Position numbers and translations under genes: made by a program
Part shown: one piece after another, positions 62,027 through 64,000 of the stretch
How the letters are laid out: each line of letters opens with the position of its first letter
How positions within the stretch are numbered: position 1 is the first letter of the stretch
The notes under the pieces: generated by a model
Told to the model about the DNA's origin: nothing
The model's input: the letters and a program-made list of their open reading frames with translations, nothing else
Database searches by the model: none
DNA from: Carcharhinus amblyrhynchos
Taxonomy: Eukaryota
NCBI GenBank assembly: GCA_965287045.1
Contig: CBDIYR020000001.1
Coordinates: forward strand, 8,866,001-8,930,000
DNA length: 64,000 nucleotides
Direction: 5' to 3'

Positions 62027-63390
62027 CACAGTGGCTCAGAAAGATGCATGAGTTCGGCTAAAAACCCAAGTGGATCCGAAAAAATAATAGGAGTTACAAC
62101 CATCTCTTTATCTATCTATCTATCTATTATCGATGTATCCAAATGTCATAAATTGCCGAACTATCAACATCTTTATTTACCTAACTAATGGCATGCATCA
62201 GGTTTCAGTATTTAGACATGTAATATAATGCTGTTTTTTTGATTTATTTTATTAACATTGAATCACCATCTCTTTTACTTAACATTATAATATACATTTT
62301 TTTAAGCATTCCATTCAGGAATTTCCGACAAGGCAGTGTCTGCATTTTACAAACAATTTTCGAGGTGGGGTAAATTGGTTAGTTCTATGGCTGAAAGAAG
62401 GGACAAGGTATAGAACAAGCAGTTACACAGCTCGCGACTATGCAATTGGGTATTTCCCAAGCTTGCCGGCCCAATACGGGGAGGCAATGGCCAAATGTTA
62501 CTATCGCTAGATTCTTAATCCAAAAACCGCTAATGCTCTAGGGGCCTGGACTCGATTCGCACCACGGCAGATGGTGGAATTTGAATTTAAGTTTAAAAGA
62601 TCAGGAATTAAGAATATATTGACCATGAAACGATTGTCAGAAAAAAAACATCTGCTTTACTAATGCCCTTTAGGGAGGGAAATCTATAATCCTTATCTTG
62701 TATGGCCTACATGTGACTTCCAAGCCATAGCAAAATTGTTGACTCTGAGCTGCCATCAGGCAACTAGGGATGGGCAATAATTGCTGGCCCAGCCAGTGAC
62801 GCACATGTCCCACGAATGAATTAAAAAAAGGCTGTTTACCACGAGGTATTCACGCTATTGCAGTCGTAACGAGAGAAATCAGAAACTGATACAATTCGAG
62901 GGAAGGACATTCCGTCCATAATGCCAGTATTTTCTTTAAGGGATCTGATCATTGCATATTCCCCTGACCTGTTCCAAATATTCCGCTTTGGATATTTCTC
63001 CGACCACATTTTAGCATTTTCTATGGAATTTGCTTCGACTGCCCTTCAGGCATTGCCAATCCACAGGGTATATTTCGTTATGGCGAAAGGTTCACTGATC
63101 TCTCACTGGTTTGCTACTGATCTCCTATGAATCGACTGAACAAGGGATTTGGGAAGGAAATTGGCCTAAAGTAGAACAACGATGAACAAGTTGATGGGAA
63201 AGTGGCCTACTCCTGCTCATACATTCCTATGTTCTCATTCTGGTTATTTTGTCATTCAACATGAAGCAATGGTCTCTGTTTAACTGTCATCCTTTCAAAT
63301 GATATCAAGTCCTTGCGCTGTTTCTCATTATCTACTATCAAAATACGCAACGATTTCCAAAATCTCTTCCAAATTTTCCCTTATTTTCAG

Positions 63391-63625
63391 TGCTCTAAAA
63401 GGAACAGATCCACCCAAACAAAGAATTGTTAACCTTGGAGACATTAAATATGCCAATTGTGATTCAGAGCCCAGAATGGCGACATCTATTCAGATACCAA
63501 TCTCTCTGCACACCTGGCCCCCGAAGACGGTTTAAACATTTGTTAAAAATCGTTAACCCACTTTTCTATCAGATTCTCTTTGTCCTTTGAACATCGTAGG
63601 TGTTCAGCACGGTGAAGAAGTTAAC
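63391..63625 (+). pseudogene. Possible relic V segment
   Basis: Polypyrimidine acceptor, then TDPPKQRIVNLGDIKYANC (FR1-like) and, in another frame, DSLCPLNIVGVQHGE (FR3-like); no YYC or RSS. Confidence 0.3.
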
Positions 63626-64000
63626 CCTTCAAATCTCGTTTTCCAGATGAAAAATTCTGCTTGAAGCCGGAAAGCAATTTAACGTGACGTAGAGCGTCAT
63701 AGAATCATAGACCACAGATCAAGGCCAATTCACTCATTGATACGGGCCAACGTTTTCAAAGACCCATTTATTATTCTCACATCATCCCGTTCCCGTTTCG
63801 CTTTCTCTCACCTTATCAAGGACATCTTTAATCCTTTCTCTCTCCTACCCTTAACCAGCTCTTCGCCATGGATACTATTTTGCACAGCCAACATTCTGAG
63901 GTAATGGATTACATATTCTCACCACTCCTTGGGCAGAGTTTGAAATTTTCCAATCCTCTGACGCCACCTCCCCAGGAAACGACTGCATGGAAAATGCCCG

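Overview
Vertebrate genomic DNA, almost certainly from a cartilaginous fish (shark-type HE1/V-SINEs, CR1 LINEs and a shark-type C-beta tail TSYSKRFD). It contains the 3' end of a T-cell receptor beta (TRB) locus, mostly on the minus strand. The constant gene has four exons (15189-8839). There are eight canonical J segments with 12-RSS (26042-29977), one atypical isolated J (19830-19878), and a single D (GGGACAGGGGGGA, 30425-30437) with 12/23 RSS. A V array runs from 43.4 kb to the window end. On the minus strand it has three intact and two defective members of an unusual 'CAWS/WYxW' V family plus one 'CASS' V. After an orientation switch near 57.6 kb, the plus strand carries a CAWS pseudogene, an intact inverted CAWS V and a possible V relic. 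No trypsinogen-like ORF is visible between D and the proximal V. The rest is repeats (CR1, Rex1/Babar, Penelope, V-SINE, DeuSINE, solo LTRs, microsatellites) and two N gaps. Coordinates and translations were read by hand; no database searches were run.
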